DNA from: an uncultured Clostridia bacterium
GTDB taxonomy: Bacteria > Bacillota > Clostridia > TANB77 > CAG-508
DNA: 64,000 nt
NCBI GenBank assembly: GCA_944389745.1
Contig: CALXNM010000003.1
Location: 1,464-65,463, forward strand
Direction of reading: 5' to 3'
Positions 39,638-49,566 of the stretch are shown piece by piece. Positions within the stretch are counted from its first letter, which is position 1; each line of letters starts with the position of its first letter. Under the pieces are notes generated by a model. The model was not told the DNA's origin, made no database searches, and saw only the letters and a list, made by a program, of their open reading frames with translations. The position numbers and the translations under genes are program-made.

Positions 39638-41422
39638 ATGTACAGAAATCATAATTGTGGAGAATTAAACATATCAAATGTAGGACAAACAGTATTACTT
39701 GCTGGATGGATTCAAACTATAAGAAATTTAGGATCAATGAAATTTATAGATTTACGTGATCAATTTGGTATTACTCAAATAGTTATAAATGAAGAATCAG
39801 GCTTATTAGAAGAGTCTAATGATTTAGTAACTGAGTGCGTAATAAGTGTTAAAGGAAAAGTTTTAGAAAGAAGTAATAAAAACAAAAAAATACCAACAGG
39901 TGAAATAGAAATTGAAGCTGAAGAAATTAAAGTACTTGGTAAATGTAAAAATGTTTTACCATTTGAAATCAATTCAGAGAAAACAACAGGTGAAGCAAGA
40001 GAAGATTTAAGATTAGAATATAGATTCTTAGATTTAAGAAATACAAAATTACATGATACAATATTACTTCGTTCTAAAATAATGAAAACTTTAAGAAGAA
40101 TAATGGATGAATTAGGATTCGCTGAAATTCAAACACCAATTTTAGCAAATTCATCACCAGAAGGTGCAAGAGATTATTTAGTACCAAGTAGATTACATCC
40201 AGGCGAATTTTATGCACTTCCTCAAGCCCCACAACAATTCAAACAATTATTAATGGTGTCTGGATTTGATAAATATTATCAAATAGCTCCATGCTTTAGA
40301 GATGAGGACCCAAGAGCTGATAGAGCACCAGGAGAGTTTTATCAATTAGACTTTGAAATGAGTTTTGCTGAGCAAGAAGATGTATTTAAAGTATTAGAAA
40401 CAGTATTTACAACAGTATTTAAAGAACATACAAATTGGAAAGTAGATGAAGCACCATTTAGACGTATACCATATAGAGAAGCCATGGAAACATATGGTAT
40501 AGATAAACCAGATTTACGTAATCCATTAATTATACAAGATGCTACTAAACTATTTGAAAATACTGAATTTAATGCATTTAAAGGAAAAACAGTGAAAATA
40601 ATTGTTGTTCCAGATGGAGCTGAGCAAGGAAGAAAATTCTTTGATAGTATGACAGAATTTGCTAAGACTGAAGCTGGAGCAGGTGGATTAGCTTGGGTTA
40701 AAATAGAAAAAGAAAATGGATATACAGGAGGAATTTCTAAGTTTTTAACTGATGAAAATAAAAAGGCTTTAGAAGAATATGGAGTAAAAGAAAATTCTGC
40801 AATATTCTTTATAGCAGATGAATTAAAAGTAGCTCAAAAAATAGCAGGACTTGTTAGAATTGAACTAGGAAAAAGATTAGATTTAATTGAGAAAAATGTA
40901 TATAAATTCTGCTTTATAACTGATTTCCCAATGTATGAATTATCTGATGAAAGAACAATAGATTTCAATCATAACCCATTCTCAATGCCACAAGGAGGTA
41001 GAGAAACTTTAGAAAATAAAGACCCATTAGAAATTCTAGCATATCAATATGATGTTGTATGCAATGGTTATGAGATGGCATCTGGAGCAGTAAGAAACCA
41101 TGACCCAGAACTTATGGTAAAAGCATTTGAAATAGCAGGGTATAGTGAAGAAGAAGTTGAAACAAGATTTGGAGCACTATATAATGCATTCCAATATGGA
41201 ACACCACCTCATGCAGGTGCAGCACCAGGATTAGATAGAATGGTAATGCTTATAGCTGATTCTGATAATATTAGAGAAGTAATAGCATTTCCAAAGAATA
41301 AAAAAGCAAGAGATTTACTTATGAGAGCACCAAGTAAAGTAACAGAGCAGCAATTAAAAGACGTTCATATAAAAGTAGATGTTGAGGAAAAATCAAATGA
41401 AGAAAACCAAGAAGAAGAATAA
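39638..41422 (+). CDS. aspS: Aspartate--tRNA ligase
   Basis: FYALPQAPQQFKQLLM, class II motifs, GLDRMVM. Confidence 0.95.
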   Translation: MYRNHNCGELNISNVGQTVLLAGWIQTIRNLGSMKFIDLRDQFGITQIVINEESGLLEESNDLVTECVISVKGKVLERSNKNKKIPTGEIEIEAEEIKVLGKCKNVLPFEINSEKTTGEAREDLRLEYRFLDLRNTKLHDTILLRSKIMKTLRRIMDELGFAEIQTPILANSSPEGARDYLVPSRLHPGEFYALPQAPQQFKQLLMVSGFDKYYQIAPCFRDEDPRADRAPGEFYQLDFEMSFAEQEDVFKVLETVFTTVFKEHTNWKVDEAPFRRIPYREAMETYGIDKPDLRNPLIIQDATKLFENTEFNAFKGKTVKIIVVPDGAEQGRKFFDSMTEFAKTEAGAGGLAWVKIEKENGYTGGISKFLTDENKKALEEYGVKENSAIFFIADELKVAQKIAGLVRIELGKRLDLIEKNVYKFCFITDFPMYELSDERTIDFNHNPFSMPQGGRETLENKDPLEILAYQYDVVCNGYEMASGAVRNHDPELMVKAFEIAGYSEEEVETRFGALYNAFQYGTPPHAGAAPGLDRMVMLIADSDNIREVIAFPKNKKARDLLMRAPSKVTEQQLKDVHIKVDVEEKSNEENQEEE

Positions 41423-41448
41423 AAATAAAACAAATAGGAGAAGCAAAA

Positions 41449-41700
41449 ATGGAATATAGATATGTACCAAGTGGAGTTTGTTCAAGAGAAATGATAATAG
41501 AAACAGATGGAGATATAGTAAAAAAAGTAACAATTATAGGCGGATGCCAAGGAAATACACAAGGTGTATCAAGGTTAGTAGAAGGTATGAAAATAGATGA
41601 AGTAATAAAAAGACTAAAAGGAATACTTTGTGGTACAAAAGGAACATCGTGTCCAGATCAATTAGCAAAAGCTTTAGAGGAGATAAAAAATAATGAGTAA
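41449..41700 (+). CDS. TSCPD-domain small protein (TIGR03905-like)
   Basis: GGCQGNTQG...CGTKGTSCPDQLA. Confidence 0.7.
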   Translation: MEYRYVPSGVCSREMIIETDGDIVKKVTIIGGCQGNTQGVSRLVEGMKIDEVIKRLKGILCGTKGTSCPDQLAKALEEIKNNE

Positions 41701-42751
41701 AAGAGTACTACTTGGAATGAGTGGTGGTGTTGATAGCTCTACTTCGGCAGTTATTTTAAAAGAAAAAGGTTATGAAGTAGTTGGAGCTACAATGAGGCTA
41801 TGGGAAGATAACACAAATGAAGAGCCAGACTCAATTCAGGATGCAAAAAGAGTATGTGAGAAATTAGGAATAGAACATCATGTAATAGATTTAAGAAAAG
41901 AATTTAAAGAAAATGTAATTGATAATTTTATATGTACATATATGTGTGGTAAAACACCAAATCCATGTGTAGAATGTAATAAATTTATGAAATTTGATAT
42001 GTTCTATAAATGTGCACAAAAACTAAATTGTGAATATATAGCAACTGGTCACTATGCTAAAATAGAATATTCAGAAAAATATGGAGAATATGTACTTACA
42101 AAATCAAATGAAGAAAAGAAAGACCAGACATATTTTCTGTATGGAATAAATAAAGAAATATTGCCACATATTCTATTTCCTCTTTCTGAATTTGAAAATA
42201 AAGAAGAAATACGTGATATAGCAGAAAAAAACGGACTTGGAGTGGCAAAGAAAAAAGAGAGTCAGGAAGTATGTTTTATACCGGATAATGATTATGTAGG
42301 ATTTTTGACAAGAAATTGTAATGCTTTCAAACAAAAAAATAAATCAGGAAATATTGTATTAAATAATGGTGAAGTTTTAGGAAAACATTCAGGTATTATA
42401 AATTATACAGTAGGACAAAGAAAAGGTTTAGGAATATCATATAAAGAACCTTTATATGTATTAAAGTTGGATAAAGAAAATAACAATGTAATTGTTGGAA
42501 CTGAAAAAGAATTATACAGCAAAGTGCTAAAAGCTAATGAATTAAACTTTTTATTAGATATTGATTTAACTAAAAAAATTGAAGTAAAAGCGAAAATTAG
42601 ATATAGAGCAAAAGAAGCGGTTGCTACATTAGAAGTAAATAATGATTTAGCTACATTAGAATTTGAAGAACCTCAAAGAGCAATAACGCCAGGACAATCT
42701 GTAGTATTTTATTTAGATAATATTGTTCTGGGAGGAGGAAAAATATTATAA
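41693..42751 (+). CDS. mnmA: tRNA 2-thiouridine(34) synthase
   Basis: PP-loop GMSGGVDSS, catalytic Cys contexts PCVECNK and SQEVCF. Confidence 0.93.
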   Translation: MSKRVLLGMSGGVDSSTSAVILKEKGYEVVGATMRLWEDNTNEEPDSIQDAKRVCEKLGIEHHVIDLRKEFKENVIDNFICTYMCGKTPNPCVECNKFMKFDMFYKCAQKLNCEYIATGHYAKIEYSEKYGEYVLTKSNEEKKDQTYFLYGINKEILPHILFPLSEFENKEEIRDIAEKNGLGVAKKKESQEVCFIPDNDYVGFLTRNCNAFKQKNKSGNIVLNNGEVLGKHSGIINYTVGQRKGLGISYKEPLYVLKLDKENNNVIVGTEKELYSKVLKANELNFLLDIDLTKKIEVKAKIRYRAKEAVATLEVNNDLATLEFEEPQRAITPGQSVVFYLDNIVLGGGKIL

Positions 42752-42833
42752 ACAAATTTTCGTAAAAATATTGATTTATTATTAACTAGATGATATAGTT
42801 ATTACATCTATTTATAGCAAATGAGGTGATTAA

Positions 42834-43088
42834 ATGTCAAAAAGTAGTGAAAAGAATGAAACTTTGGAAAACTTAGAAACATTAATTACACAAATAAATG
42901 AGCTATTAAATGAAATAAAAGATGAACAAATAAAACTAAAAAAAGATGTAGCAAAAAATCATAAAGTTAATATGCAGAAATTTTCAAAGCTGATTGAATA
43001 TACAAAGATTGCTGATATGACAAATACAGTATTTGAAAAAAGAATTTCTAGCATAGAAAAGTTATTATATGAAGTTTTTAAAAGTTAA
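42834..43088 (+). CDS. Hypothetical coiled-coil protein (84 aa)
   Basis: RBS aaatgaggtga. Followed by its own terminator. Confidence 0.55.
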   Translation: MSKSSEKNETLENLETLITQINELLNEIKDEQIKLKKDVAKNHKVNMQKFSKLIEYTKIADMTNTVFEKRISSIEKLLYEVFKS

Positions 43089-43280
43089 AGATTGAACAAA
43101 AGAGGTAAAAAAAGAAAGGATAGAATTAAAAAAATATAATTCTATCCTTTTTAGTTTATGATTAATTTATAAAAATATAGAAATAACCTTAAAACAACCT
43201 TAAAAATTTCAAGCTTTTATTGATTTAGGTATATTTTTAATATATAATACCTCTATAAAATACAAAAAAGGTGATAGTAA

Positions 43281-44678
43281 ATGAAAAAAGGATTTAGATT
43301 TTATATTGCTCTATGGGGAGCAAAGGCAGGAACAATTATATTAAAATTATTTAGAAGAAATGCAACATTTTTCCCAGGAAAATTTGCATTAAAAATATGC
43401 CCGGATTTTATAGGAAAAATAGGTAAGCCAAAAACAATAGTAGCAGTAACAGGAACCAATGGAAAAACAACAGTATGTAACATGACAGAAGATATTTTAA
43501 GAGATAATGGCTATCAATTTATAGATAATAAATATGGATCAAATATAGATGCAGGAGTTGCAACAACTTTAATTGGAGGGGCTAGCATTACTGGAAAAGC
43601 AAAAAAAGATTTAGCAGTACTTGAAGTAGATGAAAGAAGTGCTCCAAAAATATATCCATATTTAACACCAACATATTTAGTATGCACAAATTTATTTAGA
43701 GATTCGCTTATGAGAAATGCACATACTGAATTTATTTCTAGTCTACTTACAAAATATATTCCAAAAGAAACAACATTAATATTAAATGGAGATGACTTAA
43801 TTACAAGCAATATAGCACCAGAAAACAAAAGAATATATTTTGGAATTGATAGATTAAAAACAGATGGTGATAAATGTATAAATATTGCAAGAGATATAAT
43901 TGTATGTCCAAAATGTAATACAAAATTAGTATATGACTACGTAAGATATAACCATATAGGAAGAGCACATTGTCCAAAATGTGATTTTAAATCACCTGAT
44001 ATAGATTATTTAGCTACAAGCCTAGATTTAGAAAATATGAAAATGGCATTAAAACATGGTGATACAGAAGAAATATACGATTTAATTAGTGATAATATAA
44101 TCAACATATATAACATAGTAACAGTAATTACAATATTAAAAACATTAGGACTTACATGTACACAAATAAATGAATCACTAAAAAAACAAAAAATTGTTGA
44201 TACAAGATATAGTGAAGAAATGGTTGATGGAATAAAAGTAATAACACATTTAGCAAAGGGAATGAACCCAATAGCTTGTTCTAGAGTATTTGATTACACA
44301 AGAAAATATAAAGGAAATAAAGCAGTAATTGTTATTTTAGATGATTTACATGAAGCAGCAAATGGTAGTGAAAATACTGCATGGCAATATGATACAGATT
44401 ATGAATTTTTAAATGATGAGAGTATTAAACAAATTATAATAGCTGGAGCAAGATATTTAGATGGCTTGGTAAGACTTGAAATAGCTGGAATTCCAAAAGA
44501 TAAAATAGTATATCAAAGAGACGAATTATCTGCAGTAGATAAATTAAAATTAGATGGAATAGAAACAGTATTTGTCTTACATGATTTATATTCAATTGAA
44601 TTGAAGAATGCAATAAAACATAAAGTAGAAATAATGATAAAAAATTCAGAAAGAGAAAAGGAAGAGAAAGGAGAATAA
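43281..44678 (+). CDS. murT: MurT-like Mur-ligase family protein (lipid II isoglutaminyl synthase ligase subunit homolog, divergent)
   Basis: GTNGKTT P-loop, VLEVDERS, MurT-specific Cys4 ribbon CPKCNTKLVYDYVRYNHIGRAHCPKC, DUF1727-like C-terminal domain. Confidence 0.7.
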   Translation: MKKGFRFYIALWGAKAGTIILKLFRRNATFFPGKFALKICPDFIGKIGKPKTIVAVTGTNGKTTVCNMTEDILRDNGYQFIDNKYGSNIDAGVATTLIGGASITGKAKKDLAVLEVDERSAPKIYPYLTPTYLVCTNLFRDSLMRNAHTEFISSLLTKYIPKETTLILNGDDLITSNIAPENKRIYFGIDRLKTDGDKCINIARDIIVCPKCNTKLVYDYVRYNHIGRAHCPKCDFKSPDIDYLATSLDLENMKMALKHGDTEEIYDLISDNIINIYNIVTVITILKTLGLTCTQINESLKKQKIVDTRYSEEMVDGIKVITHLAKGMNPIACSRVFDYTRKYKGNKAVIVILDDLHEAANGSENTAWQYDTDYEFLNDESIKQIIIAGARYLDGLVRLEIAGIPKDKIVYQRDELSAVDKLKLDGIETVFVLHDLYSIELKNAIKHKVEIMIKNSEREKEEKGE

Positions 44679-44683
44679 AATAA

Positions 44684-45379
44684 ATGAAAATAGAAATTTT
44701 ATTCCCTGAGTTTTGCAATTTATATGGGGATATGTATAACATGAAATATTTAAAAATGTGTATGCCAGAAGCTGAATTTATAGAAACAGCACTTGATGAT
44801 GTACCAGCATTTACAAAAGAAGATGTAAATATGATATATCTTGGACCTATGACTGAAAAAACACAAGAAAAAGTAATAGCAAGACTTAAACCATATAAAA
44901 ATAAAATAGAAGAGTTAATTAATAAAAATGTAGTATTTTTATTTACTGGAAATGCACTTGAAGTTTTAGGAAAATACATAGAAAATGAAGATGGAAGCAA
45001 AATAGATGCAGTAGGAATATTTGATGTATATAGTAAAAGAGATATGATGCATAGACATAACAGCTTCTTAATAGGAAAGTATGAAGATATTGAAATGATT
45101 GGCTTCAAAAGTCAATTTACTATGATGTATGGAGATAATAAAGATTCATATTTTGTAGAAGTAGAAAAGGGAATTGGAATAAACAAGGAAAGTAAGTTAG
45201 AAGGAATAAAGAAAAATAATTTTATAGGTACTTATATAATTGGGCCAATACTAATACAAAATCCATTATTTACAAAAAAACTTATAAAGGCTATGGGAGC
45301 AAAAGAAGACACATTAGTTTTTGAGCAAGACTTAATGGCAGCATATGAGGAAAGATTAAAAGAATTAAAAAAATTATAA
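44684..45379 (+). CDS. GatD-like (CobQ/CobB-type glutamine amidotransferase-like) protein, predicted catalytically inactive
   Basis: Family blocks NLYGD and GTYxxGPIL are present. The nucleophile elbow reads FTGNALEVLG (no Cys) and GTYLHGP reads GTYIIGP (no His). Confidence 0.65.
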   Translation: MKIEILFPEFCNLYGDMYNMKYLKMCMPEAEFIETALDDVPAFTKEDVNMIYLGPMTEKTQEKVIARLKPYKNKIEELINKNVVFLFTGNALEVLGKYIENEDGSKIDAVGIFDVYSKRDMMHRHNSFLIGKYEDIEMIGFKSQFTMMYGDNKDSYFVEVEKGIGINKESKLEGIKKNNFIGTYIIGPILIQNPLFTKKLIKAMGAKEDTLVFEQDLMAAYEERLKELKKL

Positions 45380-45497
45380 TTTTCAAAATATCAAAGTACT
45401 TAATCTATTGAAAAATAGATTAAAGTATGATATAAAATAGACAAAATTTATAATAAAAGATGAAATGGAAAAAAGATTAAATTAGAATAGAGATAGA

Positions 45498-46529
45498 ATG
45501 ATTAATATGAAGAACATAAAAGAATATAATTTAGACGAATTAAAAGAAGAATTAATTTCAATAGGCGAGAAAAAGTATAGAGCAGAGCAAATATTTAAAT
45601 GGCTATATGTAGACAAAGTTAAAGAGTTTGATGAAATGACTAATTTATCTTTAGAATTACGAGAAAAACTAAAAAAAGAATATACAATGTGTAATTTTAA
45701 GATATTGAAAAAACAAGAATCATCAGATGGAACAAAAAAGTATTTGTTTGATGTTTTAGACGGAAATGCAATAGAAACAGTTCTTATGCAATACCACCAT
45801 GGAAAAACAATATGTGTTTCTTCTCAAATAGGCTGTAAAATGGGATGCAAATTCTGTGCTTCAACAGGAATACAATTTATAAGAAACTTAACAAGTGGAG
45901 AAATTGTGGAACAAATAATAGCAGTAGAGCAAGATATTGGAGATAAAATATCAAATATTGTATTTATGGGAATAGGAGAACCTTTTGATAATTATGATAA
46001 TGTAATGAATGCAATAAAAATAATAAATAATCAAAAAGGATTAAACATAGGAGCAAGACATATTAGTATATCAACAAGTGGTTTAGTACCAATGATATAT
46101 AAATTTGCAGATGAAGAACTTCAATGCACATTATCAATATCACTTCATGCTACTAATGATGAAAAAAGAAGTAGTATGATGCCAATAAATAATAGATACA
46201 ATATAGAAGAATTAATGAAAGCATGTAAATACTATATTTCTAAAACTAATAAAAGAATATCATTTGAATATGCATTAGCAAAAGACAATAATGACAATTT
46301 AGATGATGCTAAAGAATTAGTAAAATTATTAAAAGGTATGTTATGCCATGTAAATTTAATACCTATAAACAAAATAGAAAATGGTGCGTATACTAAAAGT
46401 TCAAATGAGAACATAATAAAATTTAGAGATTATTTGAATGAGAAAGGAATAGTTGCAACAATAAGAAGAGAGTTAGGGTCAGATATTGATGCGGCGTGTG
46501 GACAGTTAAGGAGAAAGAACTTAGTTTGA
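45498..46529 (+). CDS. rlmN: 23S rRNA (adenine2503-C2)-methyltransferase (radical SAM)
   Basis: CKMGCKFCAS, GIGEP, C-terminal DIDAACGQL. Confidence 0.93.
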   Translation: MINMKNIKEYNLDELKEELISIGEKKYRAEQIFKWLYVDKVKEFDEMTNLSLELREKLKKEYTMCNFKILKKQESSDGTKKYLFDVLDGNAIETVLMQYHHGKTICVSSQIGCKMGCKFCASTGIQFIRNLTSGEIVEQIIAVEQDIGDKISNIVFMGIGEPFDNYDNVMNAIKIINNQKGLNIGARHISISTSGLVPMIYKFADEELQCTLSISLHATNDEKRSSMMPINNRYNIEELMKACKYYISKTNKRISFEYALAKDNNDNLDDAKELVKLLKGMLCHVNLIPINKIENGAYTKSSNENIIKFRDYLNEKGIVATIRRELGSDIDAACGQLRRKNLV

Positions 46530-46645
46530 AAAATAATTGCCATTTGGCGTTGTTGTACTTCATTTGAAATTTAATCAACGTACAAAGAGTACGCCTCATA
46601 AATTTCAAACTTGTACGCCTAGCCAAATAACAATTCTTTTTCAAA
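46525..46645. repeat. 121-nt imperfect inverted repeat (long hairpin) after rlmN
   Basis: Arms tttgaaaaataattgccatttggc...ttgaaattt and aaatttcaa...gccaaataacaattctttttcaaa. Confidence 0.7.
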
Positions 46646-46725
46646 CTAGAAAGAATGAGTTGTTAGTGGAACTATAAATTTTATTAATATAGATGTAAAA
46701 TCTAAGAAAGGAAAGGTTAAATTTA

Positions 46726-47448
46726 ATGGTTTTTGCAAAATCGGATATAGGAAAAGCAAGAGAATTAAATCAAGACTACTACTATATCTCAGAAGATACA
46801 GATGAACCTAAATTATATATATTGGCAGATGGAATGGGAGGATATAAAGGTGGAGAAATAGCTAGTAAGTTAGCTACAGATTCAGTCAGGAAATATATTC
46901 AAACCAATTTTAGTAGTATAGCAAAAGAAAAAGAAGAAATATTAAAGCTAATAAATAGTGCTGTCGAATATGCAAATATGGTAGTATACGAAAAATCAAA
47001 AGAAATTCCAGAATTAGAAGGAATGGGTACTACAATTGAAATTTGTTTAATATATAATAATAAGGCATATATTGGACATATAGGAGACAGTAGCATATAC
47101 AGAATAAGAAAAGATGTTATTAGAAAGCTTACAAAAGATCACAGCTATGTACAAAAACTTGTGGAAGATAAGAAAATAACACGAGAAGAAGCAAAAATTC
47201 ATCCTAAGAAAAATATGCTTACAAAGGCTCTTGGATGTACAGCTTATGTAGAACCAGATTTACGTGCAAGAAACTTTGAAAAAGGTGATGTTTTCATAAT
47301 ATGTTCAGATGGATTAACAAATATGGTAGACGAAAAAAGAATATATGAGCTTGTAAAAGAAGATATAACAACTGCAACAGATAATTTAATAAAAGAAGCA
47401 AATGATGCAGGCGGATATGATAATATTACTGTTATTATAATAAGTTAA
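46726..47448 (+). CDS. stp: PP2C-family Ser/Thr phosphatase
   Basis: LADGMGGYKGGEIAS, CSDGLTN, GGYDNITV. Confidence 0.92.
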   Translation: MVFAKSDIGKARELNQDYYYISEDTDEPKLYILADGMGGYKGGEIASKLATDSVRKYIQTNFSSIAKEKEEILKLINSAVEYANMVVYEKSKEIPELEGMGTTIEICLIYNNKAYIGHIGDSSIYRIRKDVIRKLTKDHSYVQKLVEDKKITREEAKIHPKKNMLTKALGCTAYVEPDLRARNFEKGDVFIICSDGLTNMVDEKRIYELVKEDITTATDNLIKEANDAGGYDNITVIIIS

Positions 47449-47462
47449 GAGGAGAAGATTTT

Positions 47463-49448
47463 ATGAATCTAGAAGGAAAGATACTAGGAAATAGATATGA
47501 GATACTAGAGATAATTGGTAAAGGTGGAATGGCAACAGTATATAAAGCTCAAGATAAAATGCTAAAAAGATATGTTGCTGTAAAAGTATTAAGAGAAGAA
47601 TTTACAACAGATGAAGAATTTATAAAAAGATTTAATACAGAAGCACAATCAGCAGCAAGCTTAACACACCCTAATATTGTATCTATTTATGATGTAGGAA
47701 TAGAAAATAATATATATTATATTGTAATGGAATTAATTCAAGGAAAAACATTAAAACAAATAATTGATGAAGATGGAGTTCTTCCTTGGAAATGGGCTTT
47801 AAATGTAGCAATTCAAATAGCATCAGCATTAGAAGTTGCCCATAAAAATAATATTGTACATAGGGATATAAAACCACATAATATAATAATAACTGAAGAT
47901 GGAGTGGCAAAAGTTACAGACTTTGGTATAGCAAAAGCAGTATCAAATTCAACAATAACAGCATTTGGAACAACAATTGGTTCAGTACATTATTTCTCAC
48001 CAGAGCATGCAAGAGGAGGATATACTGATGCAAAATCAGACCTATACTCTTTAGGAGTAGTAATGTACGAGATGCTAACAGGTAGAGTACCATTTGATGC
48101 AGACACAGCAGTATCTATAGCATTAAAACATATGCAAGAAAAACCAGTAGAGCCAATAAAATTAAATCCATCTATACCATATTCAGTAAATAAAATAATT
48201 TTAAAAGCAATGGAAAAAGATACAAATTTGCGTTATCAATCAGCAACAGAAATGCTTAAAGATTTAAATATGGCACTTAAAGACCCAGATGGAGATTTTG
48301 TAAAAGCAGGTTCTAATGAGATGGCATATACACAAAGAATTGACATACCAGAAGAAGCATTAAATGAAGAACAAGAAGGAAATAGCCAAGACGATGAGAA
48401 AAAGAAGAAAAAGAAAAAAGGAAAAATAAGACAATTTTATGAAAAACATCCAGCAGCTAAAGTTATAACAATTATAATCGCCATAATATTAATACCAGTA
48501 ATTTGCTTCTTTGGAGCACAAGCAGTATTAAATATAGGAAGTGTAAAAGATGTACCACTACCTAATTTCGTAAACATGACAAGAGAACAAGCAGAACAAA
48601 CAGCAACAGAAGCAGGATTGCAACTAGAAATATCAGAAGAATATAGTTCTGATGTAGAAGCAGGAAAAATAATTTCACAAGATCCAGCATACTTGGATGG
48701 ATATACTGTAAAAGAAAATTCAACAGTTAAGATAGTTGTAAGTTTAGGAGAAAACATCAAGATAGTACCTAAAGTTATAGGTGAAACAGTAGACAGTGCA
48801 ACAGAATTGTTAAAAGCAGAAGAACTTGGAATAGAAGTAGTAGAAGAAGCAAGCAGTACTGTAGAAGCAGGAATAATAATTAGACAAGACCCAGAAGCAG
48901 ATAGTGAATTAAATGCTGGAGAAACTGTAACAGTATATGTAAGCACAGGAACAAAACAAATAACAATGGTTGATGTTTTAGGAGATAAAGAATCAGATGC
49001 TAAACAAAGACTTACAGAATTAGGATTTGAGGTTAATGTTGAATATGATGAGGATACAACAAAAGAAGATGGAGTTGTATTAGAACAAAGCATAAACTCA
49101 GGAACAACAGTTGATGATGGTACAGAAGTTACATTAACAGTAAATAAAATAGTTGCAACAAAAACATTGAAGGTAATAGTTAATGTGTATAAAATAACAG
49201 GTGGATATACAGAGCCTGCTGAAGGAGAAGATGGAGGAAGTTCAACTGTAAACATTAATGTAAATGGTAAAACAAGAACAGGAGTTAGTAAAAACGAAAC
49301 AGCATATTCTGAGATAACTCTTTCAGGAAAAGACGGAGAAAGTTTAGATGTTGAAATATCTATAACTGATCCAGTTACAGGAGATCCTATATACAGTGAT
49401 AGTACAACTGTAACATTAGGTTCACAAGATTCAGTAACATTTGAATAA
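47463..49448 (+). CDS. prkC: Ser/Thr protein kinase with PASTA repeats
   Basis: GKGGMATVY, HRDIKPHNI, DFG, a TM segment and three PASTA-like repeats. Confidence 0.93.
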   Translation: MNLEGKILGNRYEILEIIGKGGMATVYKAQDKMLKRYVAVKVLREEFTTDEEFIKRFNTEAQSAASLTHPNIVSIYDVGIENNIYYIVMELIQGKTLKQIIDEDGVLPWKWALNVAIQIASALEVAHKNNIVHRDIKPHNIIITEDGVAKVTDFGIAKAVSNSTITAFGTTIGSVHYFSPEHARGGYTDAKSDLYSLGVVMYEMLTGRVPFDADTAVSIALKHMQEKPVEPIKLNPSIPYSVNKIILKAMEKDTNLRYQSATEMLKDLNMALKDPDGDFVKAGSNEMAYTQRIDIPEEALNEEQEGNSQDDEKKKKKKKGKIRQFYEKHPAAKVITIIIAIILIPVICFFGAQAVLNIGSVKDVPLPNFVNMTREQAEQTATEAGLQLEISEEYSSDVEAGKIISQDPAYLDGYTVKENSTVKIVVSLGENIKIVPKVIGETVDSATELLKAEELGIEVVEEASSTVEAGIIIRQDPEADSELNAGETVTVYVSTGTKQITMVDVLGDKESDAKQRLTELGFEVNVEYDEDTTKEDGVVLEQSINSGTTVDDGTEVTLTVNKIVATKTLKVIVNVYKITGGYTEPAEGEDGGSSTVNINVNGKTRTGVSKNETAYSEITLSGKDGESLDVEISITDPVTGDPIYSDSTTVTLGSQDSVTFE

Positions 49449-49566
49449 AATCAATAATTAATATAAAAACACAAAACCAAGATATTAAAACTAAAATTTA
49501 ATATTTTGGTTTTTTTTAAACTTAAATTATGATATAATAACCTAAATTATTAAGGGAGGAAGAGCA

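Noticed and set aside
48437-49255. 272-aa ORF antisense to prkC. Similar long antisense ORFs occur at 44434-45108, 18788-19321, 56282-56908, 52184-52492 and 1735-2142.
   Set aside because: Each lies fully inside a strongly supported sense gene. They have no RBS and give low-complexity Ser/Phe/Ile-rich translations. These are typical shadows of GAA/AAA-rich codons in AT-rich genomes.
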